DNA from: an uncultured Devosia sp. | GTDB taxonomy: Bacteria > Pseudomonadota > Alphaproteobacteria > Rhizobiales > Devosiaceae | Assembly (NCBI GenBank): GCA_966192215.1 | Contig: CBIGSA010000001.1 | Coordinates: 1 to 58,105 of the forward strand | Length of the DNA: 58,105 bases | Direction: 5' to 3' | Part shown: piece by piece, positions 9,891 to 18,823 of the stretch | Layout of the letters: each line of letters starts with the position of its first letter | How positions within the stretch are numbered: the stretch's first letter is position 1 | Notes under the pieces: generated by a model | Seen by the model: only the letters and a program-made list of their open reading frames with translations | What the model was told of the DNA's origin: nothing | The model's database searches: none | Position numbers and translations under genes: made by a program

Positions 9891-11057
9891 TCACGCGCGA
9901 GGCCAGGCACCGAACCATTCGGGCGGGATATCGAAGCCGAAGCCGGGAGCATCAGAGGGCACAAGCTTGCCATCCCTGGGGACGGGCAGGCCCGGCAGCC
10001 GTGTCACCTCCGCCAGCGGCACCCCGGCCGGCGAGAACATCACATATTCCGCAAGGCCGGCCTCCGGCATGGCCATGCAGAAGTGCTGGCCCGCCGCCAG
10101 CCCGGCTCCGGCATGCAGAATGGTGACCAATCCGGCCGTCTCGGCCATAGCATAGATCTTGAGCGCCTCCGACAGGCCCCCGCACCAGCGCAGGTCGGGC
10201 TGCAGGATGTCGACCGCGTGGCGGTCCACCAGTTGCTTGTAGGCATGGCGACCATGGTGATCTTCTCCCGTCGCCAGCGGAATGGTGGGGACGGCCCGCT
10301 TGAGCGCACAGAGGCCATCGGTGTCGTAGGGCATCAGGGGCTCTTCGACCCAGCGCAGGTTGTAGGGCCGCAGGCGGTCGAGCACCCGGATAGCGAATTC
10401 GACATTGTAGCCCATGACGGTATTGAGCATGAGTTCGGCGCCGGGACCCACCGTTTCGCGCGCCGCGGCGACGGAATCCTCGAGTTCGTTGAGGCCGGCA
10501 ATGCCATCCTCGTAGTGAGCGAGGTTGCCGATCTTGAAGGCGCGGAAGCCCAGTTCCATCGCCCAGTCGAGGTCGGCCGTGGTGACGTAGCAGTCCAGTT
10601 GCGGCCGGCTGGGGCCGCCCAGGAGATTGTAGACGGGGATCTTCAGCAGCTTGCCCTTGAGGTCCCAGAGCGCCAGGTCGATCACGCTGCGAGCCAGGCT
10701 CGATATGCCTTCGGGCCCGAAGCGTTGCGAGGCGCGCCACATCATGTCGCCCAGCAATTCGGTGGCCATGGCGTCGCGGCCGACGATCATGGGCGCATAG
10801 AGCAGGCGCACGAGAGGTTCAACGAAATCACCCCAATGGGAGTGCCCGAGCCCAAAGGTGCCATCTTCGGCCGTCACCCTCACCCAGACTTCGCCGCCGA
10901 CATCACCGGGCATCTTCGAGCGCTCGCGCGGCATGTCGGGATATTTGTTGATGGGCCGGGGATTGCCGCGCTTGGGCTTGGCGTTCGGCCGGGGCGCCGT
11001 GGGGCGCGCCAGCGGCGGCAAGGTCAATTTCAGGCATTCGACGGAAACGATCTTCAT
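9891..11057 (-). CDS. Enolase-superfamily acid-sugar dehydratase (L-rhamnonate dehydratase-like)
   Basis: VRVTAEDGTFGLG, IDLALWDLKGK, WVEEP, ATGEDHH, LQPDLRWCGG, PSDAPGFG. Confidence 0.85.
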   Translation of the reverse strand: MKIVSVECLKLTLPPLARPTAPRPNAKPKRGNPRPINKYPDMPRERSKMPGDVGGEVWVRVTAEDGTFGLGHSHWGDFVEPLVRLLYAPMIVGRDAMATELLGDMMWRASQRFGPEGISSLARSVIDLALWDLKGKLLKIPVYNLLGGPSRPQLDCYVTTADLDWAMELGFRAFKIGNLAHYEDGIAGLNELEDSVAAARETVGPGAELMLNTVMGYNVEFAIRVLDRLRPYNLRWVEEPLMPYDTDGLCALKRAVPTIPLATGEDHHGRHAYKQLVDRHAVDILQPDLRWCGGLSEALKIYAMAETAGLVTILHAGAGLAAGQHFCMAMPEAGLAEYVMFSPAGVPLAEVTRLPGLPVPRDGKLVPSDAPGFGFDIPPEWFGAWPRA

Positions 11058-11315
11058 CAGTAGCAGGCCGACCTGTGAGTGTGGACGAGCGGCAGCGGTC
11101 GGCATCGCGAACCGCCGCAGTGACGCGTCAGCACCGTCCGTCGTGCCACGCCGGGGAAGGCCGACAAAATTCAGCGGTCGAGGGTGTTATCACGCAAACG
11201 AATAGGGTTCGGGGGAGCGACATTCACGCCGATGATGTTGCCGCATAAAGGCAAATTTGCCCCGACCCGGCAAAACTGCGACAGACATCGCTGCACGCGA
11301 TGGAGGAGAGCACGC

Positions 11316-12425
11316 ATGAAGATTACCGGCTGGACCATTCATCTGTTCGAGCCACGGCCGAGCCGGCACCAGGAAGTGGCGCACCATGCACGTGCCAAGA
11401 GCATGGCCAACGGGGTGGCCATCCTGCATACGGACGAGGGTATCGACGGTATCGTCTCGGCCGGAGTGGCACGGCTGACCCAACTTGCACGGTCCTGGCC
11501 CGCCGTTGCCGAACATGTCGTGGGGCGCAGCCCGCTCGATCGGCTGGCGATCGAGGATACGCTGCAGAAGCGCTTCCTGTGGCACACCGAACTGATCGGG
11601 CTGGTCGACCATGCCTTGTGGGACATTACCGGCAAGATGTTCAACCAGCCGATCTATAAGTTGCTCGGCGGTTATCGCAAAAAGGTACTGGGTTACGCCT
11701 CGACGGTGCACCATTCGAGCGACGAACGCTTCATGGAGACGATAGAGGCCTGCCGTGCCGCCGGCTTTAAGGCGATCAAGATTCACCCCTATGGCAACCT
11801 GGTTGATGACATTCGTCTCTGCCAGAAGGTTCGGAAGACTGTGGGCGACGACATGATCCTGATGCTCGACGCCATGTCCTATCCGGGGCCCTATGGCCGC
11901 CACGAGGCCATGCAGATGGTGGCGGTGCTCGATGAGCTGAAGTTCCACTGGCTGGAAGACCCGCTCGACCACCGCGATCTGGAGGGCCTTGCCGAACTGC
12001 GGCGCCTGCGCCGGCATGTGCAGATTCGCGGTGCCGACCGCATCCTGCACATGCAGGAATATGCCGCCATGATCCAGCGGGGTTGCATCGACATCGTCGC
12101 CGGGCCGGTGTCATGGGGCATTACAGATCTGCTCAAGCTCGCCCATTTCGCCGAGGTGCACGGCATGAAGATGGAACCGCACGATTTCGTCGGTGGCACG
12201 GCGAGCCTGCATGCCCTGCTGGCAATCCGCAACGGCACGTTCTACGAGATCGCCGTCCCGCGCGGTTCGTTCGACACGATGCAATATCCGGACCTCTATC
12301 TTGATGCCTGCTGGATCGATGCGGATGGCTATGTCCACGCCCCCACCAAGCCCGGCCTCGGCTTCGACCTCGATTTGGATCAGGTCAAGGCGGTGACCCG
12401 CGAAACGCTCGAGCTGCGCGGCTGA
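11316..12425 (+). CDS. Mandelate racemase/enolase-superfamily protein
   Basis: LHTDEGIDG, VDHALWDITGK, KIH, MLDA/WLEDP ligands, PTKPGLG; GGAGGAG RBS upstream. Confidence 0.88.
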   Translation: MKITGWTIHLFEPRPSRHQEVAHHARAKSMANGVAILHTDEGIDGIVSAGVARLTQLARSWPAVAEHVVGRSPLDRLAIEDTLQKRFLWHTELIGLVDHALWDITGKMFNQPIYKLLGGYRKKVLGYASTVHHSSDERFMETIEACRAAGFKAIKIHPYGNLVDDIRLCQKVRKTVGDDMILMLDAMSYPGPYGRHEAMQMVAVLDELKFHWLEDPLDHRDLEGLAELRRLRRHVQIRGADRILHMQEYAAMIQRGCIDIVAGPVSWGITDLLKLAHFAEVHGMKMEPHDFVGGTASLHALLAIRNGTFYEIAVPRGSFDTMQYPDLYLDACWIDADGYVHAPTKPGLGFDLDLDQVKAVTRETLELRG

Positions 12426-12428
12426 ACC

Positions 12429-13688
12429 ATGGCCGAGGCCGATAGACCGGTCAGGCCAGGGCCCCGCCGGCTCAGAGAGGCGCGCGTGGTGCGCCTGCTT
12501 ACGCACGGCATGTTCGGCCTATACCTGATCAGCAGCAGCGTGTCGCAGACTGGAACCTGGATTCACCGCGTCGCGATGATGCTGCTGATCTGGGACATGA
12601 CACAGTCCGCACTGTGGCTCGGCCTGTTCGCCATGGCCGACCTGATGCCGATCCTGGTCATCGGGCCGCTGGCCGGCGCGGCAGCCGATCGCTGGAGCCG
12701 GCTGATGCTGACCAAGGCGACGCAATGGGCACAGCTCGCCGTGGCCCTGGTGCTAGGCATCTTGGCCGTGACCGGCGTCAATCTGCCCGTGCTGATGCTG
12801 CTCGCCGTGGCCCAGGGTTGCGCCATCGCCGTCAACCAGCCGGCGCGCATGGCCTTGATCCATAGCCTGGCCGGCCGCGACGATCTGGGAACCGCCGTGG
12901 CCCTGAGTTCCGTATCGATCAATGCCACGCGCCTAATCGGACCGGCGATTGCCGGTCTGCTGCTGCTCTATGTCGATGTCTATTGGCTGTTCTTCCTCAA
13001 CGTTGCGCTCACAGCCGTATTCATCTTCGTGCTTGGACGCATTCGCATCGACAGCGCGCAGACCCAGCCCGCAAGCGGATCCATTCTCGAGCTGATGCTG
13101 GACGGGCTGCGTTTTGCCATGCACGACCGCCAGATCCGCATCCTCCTCGTTCTGCTCTTTATCGGCGGCGGCACCACGCGGTCGATGCTGGAGCTGTTCA
13201 CGGTTTTCGCCGACGCCAAGTTCGAGACCACCTCGTCCGGCCTGGCCGTGCTGACATCGTCCATGGCCGCGGGCTCAATGATCGCCGGGCTGACGTTGGG
13301 CATTTTCAACCAGCAGGCGGCGCTGGGGCAGCGGATCAGCATCGCATGGGGCTGTGGCAGCGTCGCCTTGGCTGTGCTGGTGATCAGCACCCATCCGGTC
13401 GCGATCATCGCCGCCGCCGTGGCGACGGGTTACTTCGTCACCTCCAGCGTCATCAACACGCAAACCTATGTGCAACTGGCATCGCCCGATGCGTTGCGGG
13501 GCCGCGTACTTAGCGTGCATGGCGTAGTGTTGCGGGCCAGTCCTGCTTTGGGTGCCTTGCTTGCAGGCCTTGCAATCGATCGGTTCGGCTTGCTGACACC
13601 CGTGTTGATCTGTTGCGTAGTGTGCTTCAGCGCCGCCGTGATAGCTTTGCTTGTGCATAGACAGGGCACACCGCCGCTAAGGCAATAG
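12429..13688 (+). CDS. MFS transporter
   Basis: GPLAGAAADRWSR motif A, NATRLIGPAIAG, PDALRGRV; about 12 hydrophobic segments. Confidence 0.9.
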   Translation: MAEADRPVRPGPRRLREARVVRLLTHGMFGLYLISSSVSQTGTWIHRVAMMLLIWDMTQSALWLGLFAMADLMPILVIGPLAGAAADRWSRLMLTKATQWAQLAVALVLGILAVTGVNLPVLMLLAVAQGCAIAVNQPARMALIHSLAGRDDLGTAVALSSVSINATRLIGPAIAGLLLLYVDVYWLFFLNVALTAVFIFVLGRIRIDSAQTQPASGSILELMLDGLRFAMHDRQIRILLVLLFIGGGTTRSMLELFTVFADAKFETTSSGLAVLTSSMAAGSMIAGLTLGIFNQQAALGQRISIAWGCGSVALAVLVISTHPVAIIAAAVATGYFVTSSVINTQTYVQLASPDALRGRVLSVHGVVLRASPALGALLAGLAIDRFGLLTPVLICCVVCFSAAVIALLVHRQGTPPLRQ

Positions 13689-13700
13689 GCAGCTATTGCC
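13681..13700 (+). terminator. Hairpin at MFS stop, possible terminator
   Basis: GGCAATAG-gcag-CTATTGCC perfect 8-bp stem; no U-tract. Confidence 0.35.
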
Positions 13701-13860
13701 GGGGAATTCTCCGGGAATCATGTAGCTTCAACGCAGCGACGAAAGAGGACGGCCTGAATCCCAACTGGTCTAGACCCAGACCGGCGTTGCCCCATTTCCC
13801 GCTGAGCGGATGGTTGACCAATTCCAATAGTCCAGACTCCGCTCCAGCCCTACTCTACCC

Positions 13861-13924
13861 GACCGCTTAGCGCCCCAAAACGGCCATTCCGGCCGCGTGC
13901 TCGGTTTCCCATAAGCTGCCATTC
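13861..13924. repeat. Degenerate palindromic repeat cluster upstream of Imm5-like gene
   Basis: GACCGCTTAGCGCCCCAAAACGGCCATTC and CCCATAAGCTGCCATTC; related motifs at 14664-14753, 36804-36905 and 38071-38130. Confidence 0.45.
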
Positions 13925-14034
13925 CTGCCGCAGTCGGCCACGTCGTTCTTGGGGTGGGGTTCTTGCCTGTCCGGATTTTGACTAAGCTGGTCCACAACAT
14001 GTCCGTCAACAAAGACACGACAGGATGGCGGTAA

Positions 14035-14583
14035 ATGCCGATTTCGGTACAGACGCTAAGTGAAACCGACCGGCGCTTGGTGGCTGAATGGGCCGCAGAC
14101 TGCGCTGAGCGCGTTCTGCCATTGTTTGAAGCTGAATGCCCAGATGATGATCGTCCTCGGGCGGCAATTGCCAGAACGCGGGCCTTCGCGCGCGGAGAAC
14201 TGGACATAGCTTCAGAAATACGCCGACGGTTTGGCGGTGGCAGCACCGCGCGTGATGCAAGGTCGGCTGCGGCCGCCGCTGCTGCCAGAGCTGCCGGCCA
14301 AGCCTCGGCCGTCTGCCACATGGGTGCACACGCGCTGGGGGCGGCAGCATATGCTGTCAAGGCCGCAAGCCTGGCAGCTCCAGACCAATCTCAAGCTATC
14401 GAGGTCGAGATCTATTGGCAATTCGCACACATGACGGAAGGCGTCCGGGACGCGCTTCGGTCGCTGCCTCCGGTGGGTGAGGATCGGTCAGGCCCTCTTG
14501 GCCCAGGCCTCCTCGCATCTGGTCAGATCGGCGAGATCATCCGTCAACTCCAGGCTGGTCTGGCCGAAACCAATGCACCGTGA
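14035..14583 (+). CDS. Putative immunity protein (Imm5-like helical family)
   Basis: WAADCAERVLPLFE...DDRPRAAI...AAARAAGQA...HMGAHALGAAAYA pattern; stand-alone gene with more A/T-ending codons than neighbours. Confidence 0.7.
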   Translation: MPISVQTLSETDRRLVAEWAADCAERVLPLFEAECPDDDRPRAAIARTRAFARGELDIASEIRRRFGGGSTARDARSAAAAAAARAAGQASAVCHMGAHALGAAAYAVKAASLAAPDQSQAIEVEIYWQFAHMTEGVRDALRSLPPVGEDRSGPLGPGLLASGQIGEIIRQLQAGLAETNAP

Positions 14584-14663
14584 GGTGAGGCGCAAGTTGC
14601 TGGAGTTGACCTCTCCCCCAGATAAAGGAATGACTGGTTCCAGGAGGTGGTGAACTGACCTTA

Positions 14664-14753
14664 AACAGCTGGAATGGGGTCGTGAACTGTCAATCGGCAA
14701 AGCGCCCATTTCTCCCGTTCGATCAAGCTTCCCGCGGCCCCGCAAGCGGACAT
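14664..14753. repeat. Degenerate palindromic repeat cluster downstream of Imm5-like gene
   Basis: CAGCTGGAATGGGGTCGTGAACTG, CGGCAAAGCGCCCATTTCTCCCGTTC, CCCCGCAAGCGGACAT. Confidence 0.4.
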
Positions 14754-14979
14754 CTCATCGGGATACCGCGAAGATGAGCCCGGGGTCGAAGGCGAGTGGC
14801 TGTTTCCGTGCGCCGGAACAGCAAGGCGGATAAGATCAGGTACCAGGTAAAAACTGGCCGAGTTCCGCACTTGGGTTGGCGCCGATGCCTGCCGATGGAT
14901 GACCCGAAAGCACTCCGCCCGGCCACACAACGAGAGTTAGGATACGCGCAAGGATATTGTATTCTATCCAATCCCATGA

Positions 14980-14989
14980 TTGCATACAA
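14980..14989. promoter_or_regulatory. GntR/FadR-type operator TTGCATACAA
   Basis: Near-palindrome 27 nt upstream of the ring-opening amidohydrolase; recurs at 19622, 19644, 19833, 26879, 27066 and 27087. Confidence 0.65.
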
Positions 14990-15016
14990 AAATTGGAATG
15001 AATTCACGTAGGCATC

Positions 15017-16135
15017 ATGAACCAGAAGAATTACGCCATCGGCGCGTTTCGGGTGACGTTGGATAATACGCGGGACGTCTCTCGCTTGCAGCGTCTTGTG
15101 GCCGAAGGGCAGTTGCGCCCCGACGATGTCATCGCCGTCACGGGCAAGACGGAGGGCTGGCAGAAGGGCGAGACCAGTCGTCTCGACGCCGATCAGGCCA
15201 TCCGGCGCTTCCTGCTCGACAATGGCTCGCGGCCCGCCAGCGAGATCGATCAGCTGCCGATGGTCTTCACCACGGGCGGCATCGGCATCCTCACCCCGCA
15301 TGTGGTGCTATATACGCGCACGGAGGCCCCACCGGCCAGCGATGGTCGCGGGCGGCTGGCCATGGGCGTGGCCCGATCGGCGCTGGTGCGTCCCGAATGG
15401 ATGGCAACGACGCAACTGGTCGAGGCGAATGCCGATGCGGTGCGAATGGCGGCGCAGGAAGCCGGCCTCGCACCCACCGACGTCGAATATGTGGTTGGCA
15501 AGGCCTACTATCCGACCAAGCAAGCCTTTGCCGAGGCCCGCGCCGCCGGCCAGCCCATTCCCGAGATGGACGACCAGACGCTGTTTCGCAAGGCGAGTGG
15601 TTCGGCGGGCCTGGGCGTGGCGGTTGCTGCCGACGGCTTGGCCATGCCCGTTGCTGAGGACATCGGCAAACGCTTTTCGCTCTATTCGGCCAAAGTCGCC
15701 GTGTCGGCCAATGAATGGGAGCCGGTCGGTGGTGCAGGACCGCAAACCCAGCTCATGGTCTTTGGCAACAGGGCGGGCGCTGGCGGGCGGCTGCGGGTGG
15801 GCCACGCCGAAATGGCCGATGCCCTCGACGTGGCGGCGCTCACCCGTGCCCTGAACCAAGCGGGCATGGACGTCGCTCCGGGTCCCCTGTCGGTCGAGGA
15901 TAGAAAGCGCATTGTGGCCGTCTATGTGAAGTTCGGCTTCCCCGTCGAGGGCCGCCTCCGCGGTCGCCGCCAGATCATCGAGAACCCTGAGTATGGCAAC
16001 CAGGTCAAGGCTGCGCTGGGCGGCATGTTTGCCGCGGTGCTACAGGACAACTTGGTCTGGATCTCCGCATCCGCCACCCATCAGGGGCCCGCGGGCGGTG
16101 GCACGGTGGCTGTCATCATCGACGTCGGCGCCTAG
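15017..16135 (+). CDS. Ring-opening amidohydrolase, cyanuric acid hydrolase/barbiturase (AtzD) family, divergent
   Basis: VIAVTGKTEG, TGGIGILTPH, C-terminal WISASATHQGPAGGG; 372 aa matches family length. Confidence 0.85.
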   Translation: MNQKNYAIGAFRVTLDNTRDVSRLQRLVAEGQLRPDDVIAVTGKTEGWQKGETSRLDADQAIRRFLLDNGSRPASEIDQLPMVFTTGGIGILTPHVVLYTRTEAPPASDGRGRLAMGVARSALVRPEWMATTQLVEANADAVRMAAQEAGLAPTDVEYVVGKAYYPTKQAFAEARAAGQPIPEMDDQTLFRKASGSAGLGVAVAADGLAMPVAEDIGKRFSLYSAKVAVSANEWEPVGGAGPQTQLMVFGNRAGAGGRLRVGHAEMADALDVAALTRALNQAGMDVAPGPLSVEDRKRIVAVYVKFGFPVEGRLRGRRQIIENPEYGNQVKAALGGMFAAVLQDNLVWISASATHQGPAGGGTVAVIIDVGA

Positions 16136-16169
16136 GCGCCGGTCCTGCAGCCGACGTGCCGCGCACCGG

Positions 16170-17537
16170 TCAGGCGCGCGGCACCTGGCGCATCTGCAGC
16201 GCCGACAGCAGCGTCAGCACGGCCAGCGCTGCAAAGCTGAACTGGAAATCGATCACCCCAAGGCTGTCGCTGCCCCGCAGGGTCTGGACCGTGGTGAGGC
16301 CAAGGCTGCCGACCACGACGCCAAGCAGGATGGTGATCTGCATCAGCATGGTGGACAGGGTGGATGCCGAACTGCGCTGCGCCGGCGCGATGTCGATAAA
16401 GGCCAGCACATTGAGCGCGGTATATTGCATCGATCGTGCGGCGCCGCCCAGGATCATCAGCGCCACGACCAGCCAGAGCGGGGTGGTCGCCGACAACAGG
16501 ATGCAGAGCGCGATGGATACCGCGCTCAGCACCCCGTTGACGACCAGCGATGCGCGAAAGCCGAAGCGCTCCAGCACGGGCGTGGTAATGAGCCGAACGC
16601 CGAGATTGCCGGCGAAATAGGCGACCATCAGGCTGCCCGCTTCAAAGGCCGTCATGCCGAAGCCGAGCTGGAACAGCAGCGGCAGAAGGAAGGGCATGGT
16701 GTTGAGCGCTATCCGATAATAGCTGCCGGCCAATAGGTTCGAGAGCGCGAAGGTCTTGACGCGCATGATGGAGAAATCGAGCAAAGGATGCGTCGTGCGC
16801 AGCATATGCCGCGTGGCGAACAGGCAGAGCAGCGTGCCAGCCGCGATCAGTCCAGCAGCCAGGAACTTGTCCACATCCTGATGCACGAGGCTATCGAGTC
16901 CAGCGAGCAGCATGCCCAGACCCATCGATGATAGGATCAGCCCCCACCCATCGAGCGGTACGCGATTGCGGTGGCCATCGTCCGGGATCCGCCACATGGC
17001 CAGCGCCAGGCTCAGGACGCCGAGTGGAATGTTGATCAGGAAGGTCCAGCGCCAGGAGAAATAGGTTGTGATGAAGCCGCCAATGGTGGGGCCAATGACC
17101 GGAGCGAAAAGCGCCGGCCAGGACAGCAGCGACAGCGTTCGCACCAGCTGATCCCGGTTGGACAGCCGCAGCACGATGATCTGTCCGACCGGCACCATGA
17201 AGGCGCCCCCGGCGCCTTGGAGGATGCGGGCGGCAATGAAGTGGGGCAGTTGCTGCGCCAGGCCGCAGAGCAGCGAACCCAGGGTGAAGATGACGATGGC
17301 CCAGAGAAAGACGGTGCGGGCCCCGACACGATCGGCCAGCCACCCTGCCGCCGGAATGAGAATGGCGACAGTGAGCATATAGGCCGTGATGCCGACGCTC
17401 ATGCTGAGCGGCGGCACACCGAAAGACTCTGCCATCGCCGGGATAGCGGTGACGATGATGGTGGCGTCCAGCATCTGCATGAACAAGGCGCCGGCGACGA
17501 TCAGCGCGACCGTCTCGACGCGGAAGGAAGAGTTCAT
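16170..17537 (-). CDS. MFS transporter, DHA2/EmrB-like 14-TM
   Basis: FMQMLDATII, GWLADRVGAR, ARILQGAGGA, APVIGPTIGG, WRWTFLINIPLG. Confidence 0.92.
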   Translation of the reverse strand: MNSSFRVETVALIVAGALFMQMLDATIIVTAIPAMAESFGVPPLSMSVGITAYMLTVAILIPAAGWLADRVGARTVFLWAIVIFTLGSLLCGLAQQLPHFIAARILQGAGGAFMVPVGQIIVLRLSNRDQLVRTLSLLSWPALFAPVIGPTIGGFITTYFSWRWTFLINIPLGVLSLALAMWRIPDDGHRNRVPLDGWGLILSSMGLGMLLAGLDSLVHQDVDKFLAAGLIAAGTLLCLFATRHMLRTTHPLLDFSIMRVKTFALSNLLAGSYYRIALNTMPFLLPLLFQLGFGMTAFEAGSLMVAYFAGNLGVRLITTPVLERFGFRASLVVNGVLSAVSIALCILLSATTPLWLVVALMILGGAARSMQYTALNVLAFIDIAPAQRSSASTLSTMLMQITILLGVVVGSLGLTTVQTLRGSDSLGVIDFQFSFAALAVLTLLSALQMRQVPRA

Positions 17538-18823
17538 GAATTGCCGGTGACCCGCCTGATCGTGGCGAAGACTTCGGCAGGAGTGGCCCAGCGGGGATAG
17601 GCGGGGTGAGCCGCCAGCTTGTCCTCGATAATGGTCTGGGCCTCGTTCACCTGCGCGTCGCTCAGCACCACGCCGATGGAGCGGGCCGCGTCGGCGATCA
17701 CCTTGGCGTTGCCCTGCTGGGAATAGACCCAGCTGAACTGGGCGCCGATCAGCGACGGGCTATAGCTGCCGCCCATGTTGGAAAAGTCGCCTGGCGCGCG
17801 GCCATCGAGCATTTTCTCGATGTCGTGGGGCCCTTCGCGCAGGAACTGGTGCGCGCCGACCACCGGCTTGAGAGGCGGCACGGGGAAGCGCATGATGCGC
17901 GCCAGTTCGTCGGAGGCCCATTGCAGCCGGTCGAGCCGGATGCCGGTATCGACGCCATAGAGCACATCGAGCGCCACCACCACTTCCTCGAGCGCGGCGA
18001 AACCCGAGCGGTAGGAAACGCCGTTCAGCGCCACGTCGGGTGAGGCGCCGGCCAGCACGGCAGCGATGGTTCCGGCGGTGTCCATGCCGAAATCGTCATG
18101 GGTATGCATGGTCAGCGGCGTGGGGGATTTCAGCCGGTCACGGAAAGTGCGGACATAGTGGGTCATGCCCTGCGGCGACAGGGCGCTGGTGGAATCCATA
18201 AGGTCGAAGCGGCGGACGCCATTGTCGATGGCCGTGTTGCACAGCGCCATGAACTCGTCGAAGTTGCGGCGCGCGCATTGCGCCACCGTAGCATTCCACT
18301 CCATGCCAGCGGCCTTGATATACTCGTTCATCGCCGCCATTTCGTCGGCCTGGCGCTTGCGGGCGTCATCGTCGGGCGCCTGCAAAAGACCCGGATTGAG
18401 CAGCTTGAAGCCGGCCTCGGCGAACAGATCCACGGTCTGCTTCATCTGCGGCATGGGTGTCACGCCATTGCCCAGGAGGGTATCGGTGAAGACATTGAGC
18501 TTGAACTTCGGCTTCGCCTTGGCGATGGCCAGCGCCGCCGCCAGTTCCTGCGGATCGGGTTCGCCGCCCCGATACCAGACATTGAGGCTTTCCTCCTCGA
18601 TGCCCAGCTCTTCGAGCAGACCGCAGATCTCGATCAGCTCGCCTTCGGTCGGCTTCACGCCGACCGTGTATATCACTTTGCGGATGGTACTGTCGATCAG
18701 GCCCAGGGGCGTAGGGATGTCCCAGCCGGCCGTGACCTCCGGCATGAAGTTGAAGGCGCTGACATGGTGCCGCCCCTCCACCAGAGGCTTGCCTCTTCCG
18801 GCGCTGTCAGGGGGTGTCGTCAT
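17534..18823 (-). CDS. DRE-TIM metallolyase-fold protein (LeuA/homocitrate synthase-like), atypical
   Basis: DLMDS, MHTHDDFGM, AALEEVVVAL, DTGIRLDRL, KPVVG; the DTTLRDGEQ motif reads DSTIRKVIY. Confidence 0.75.
   Translation of the reverse strand: MTTPPDSAGRGKPLVEGRHHVSAFNFMPEVTAGWDIPTPLGLIDSTIRKVIYTVGVKPTEGELIEICGLLEELGIEEESLNVWYRGGEPDPQELAAALAIAKAKPKFKLNVFTDTLLGNGVTPMPQMKQTVDLFAEAGFKLLNPGLLQAPDDDARKRQADEMAAMNEYIKAAGMEWNATVAQCARRNFDEFMALCNTAIDNGVRRFDLMDSTSALSPQGMTHYVRTFRDRLKSPTPLTMHTHDDFGMDTAGTIAAVLAGASPDVALNGVSYRSGFAALEEVVVALDVLYGVDTGIRLDRLQWASDELARIMRFPVPPLKPVVGAHQFLREGPHDIEKMLDGRAPGDFSNMGGSYSPSLIGAQFSWVYSQQGNAKVIADAARSIGVVLSDAQVNEAQTIIEDKLAAHPAYPRWATPAEVFATIRRVTGNS

Noticed and set aside
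14035-14583. Toxin-immunity pair
   Set aside because: No adjacent toxin or secretion gene; neighbouring ORFs 13770-14360 and 14796-15011 look non-coding.
13700-15000. CRISPR array or integron attC array
   Set aside because: Repeats are degenerate and irregularly spaced; no cas or intI genes; no clear RYYYAAC/GTTRRRY boxes.
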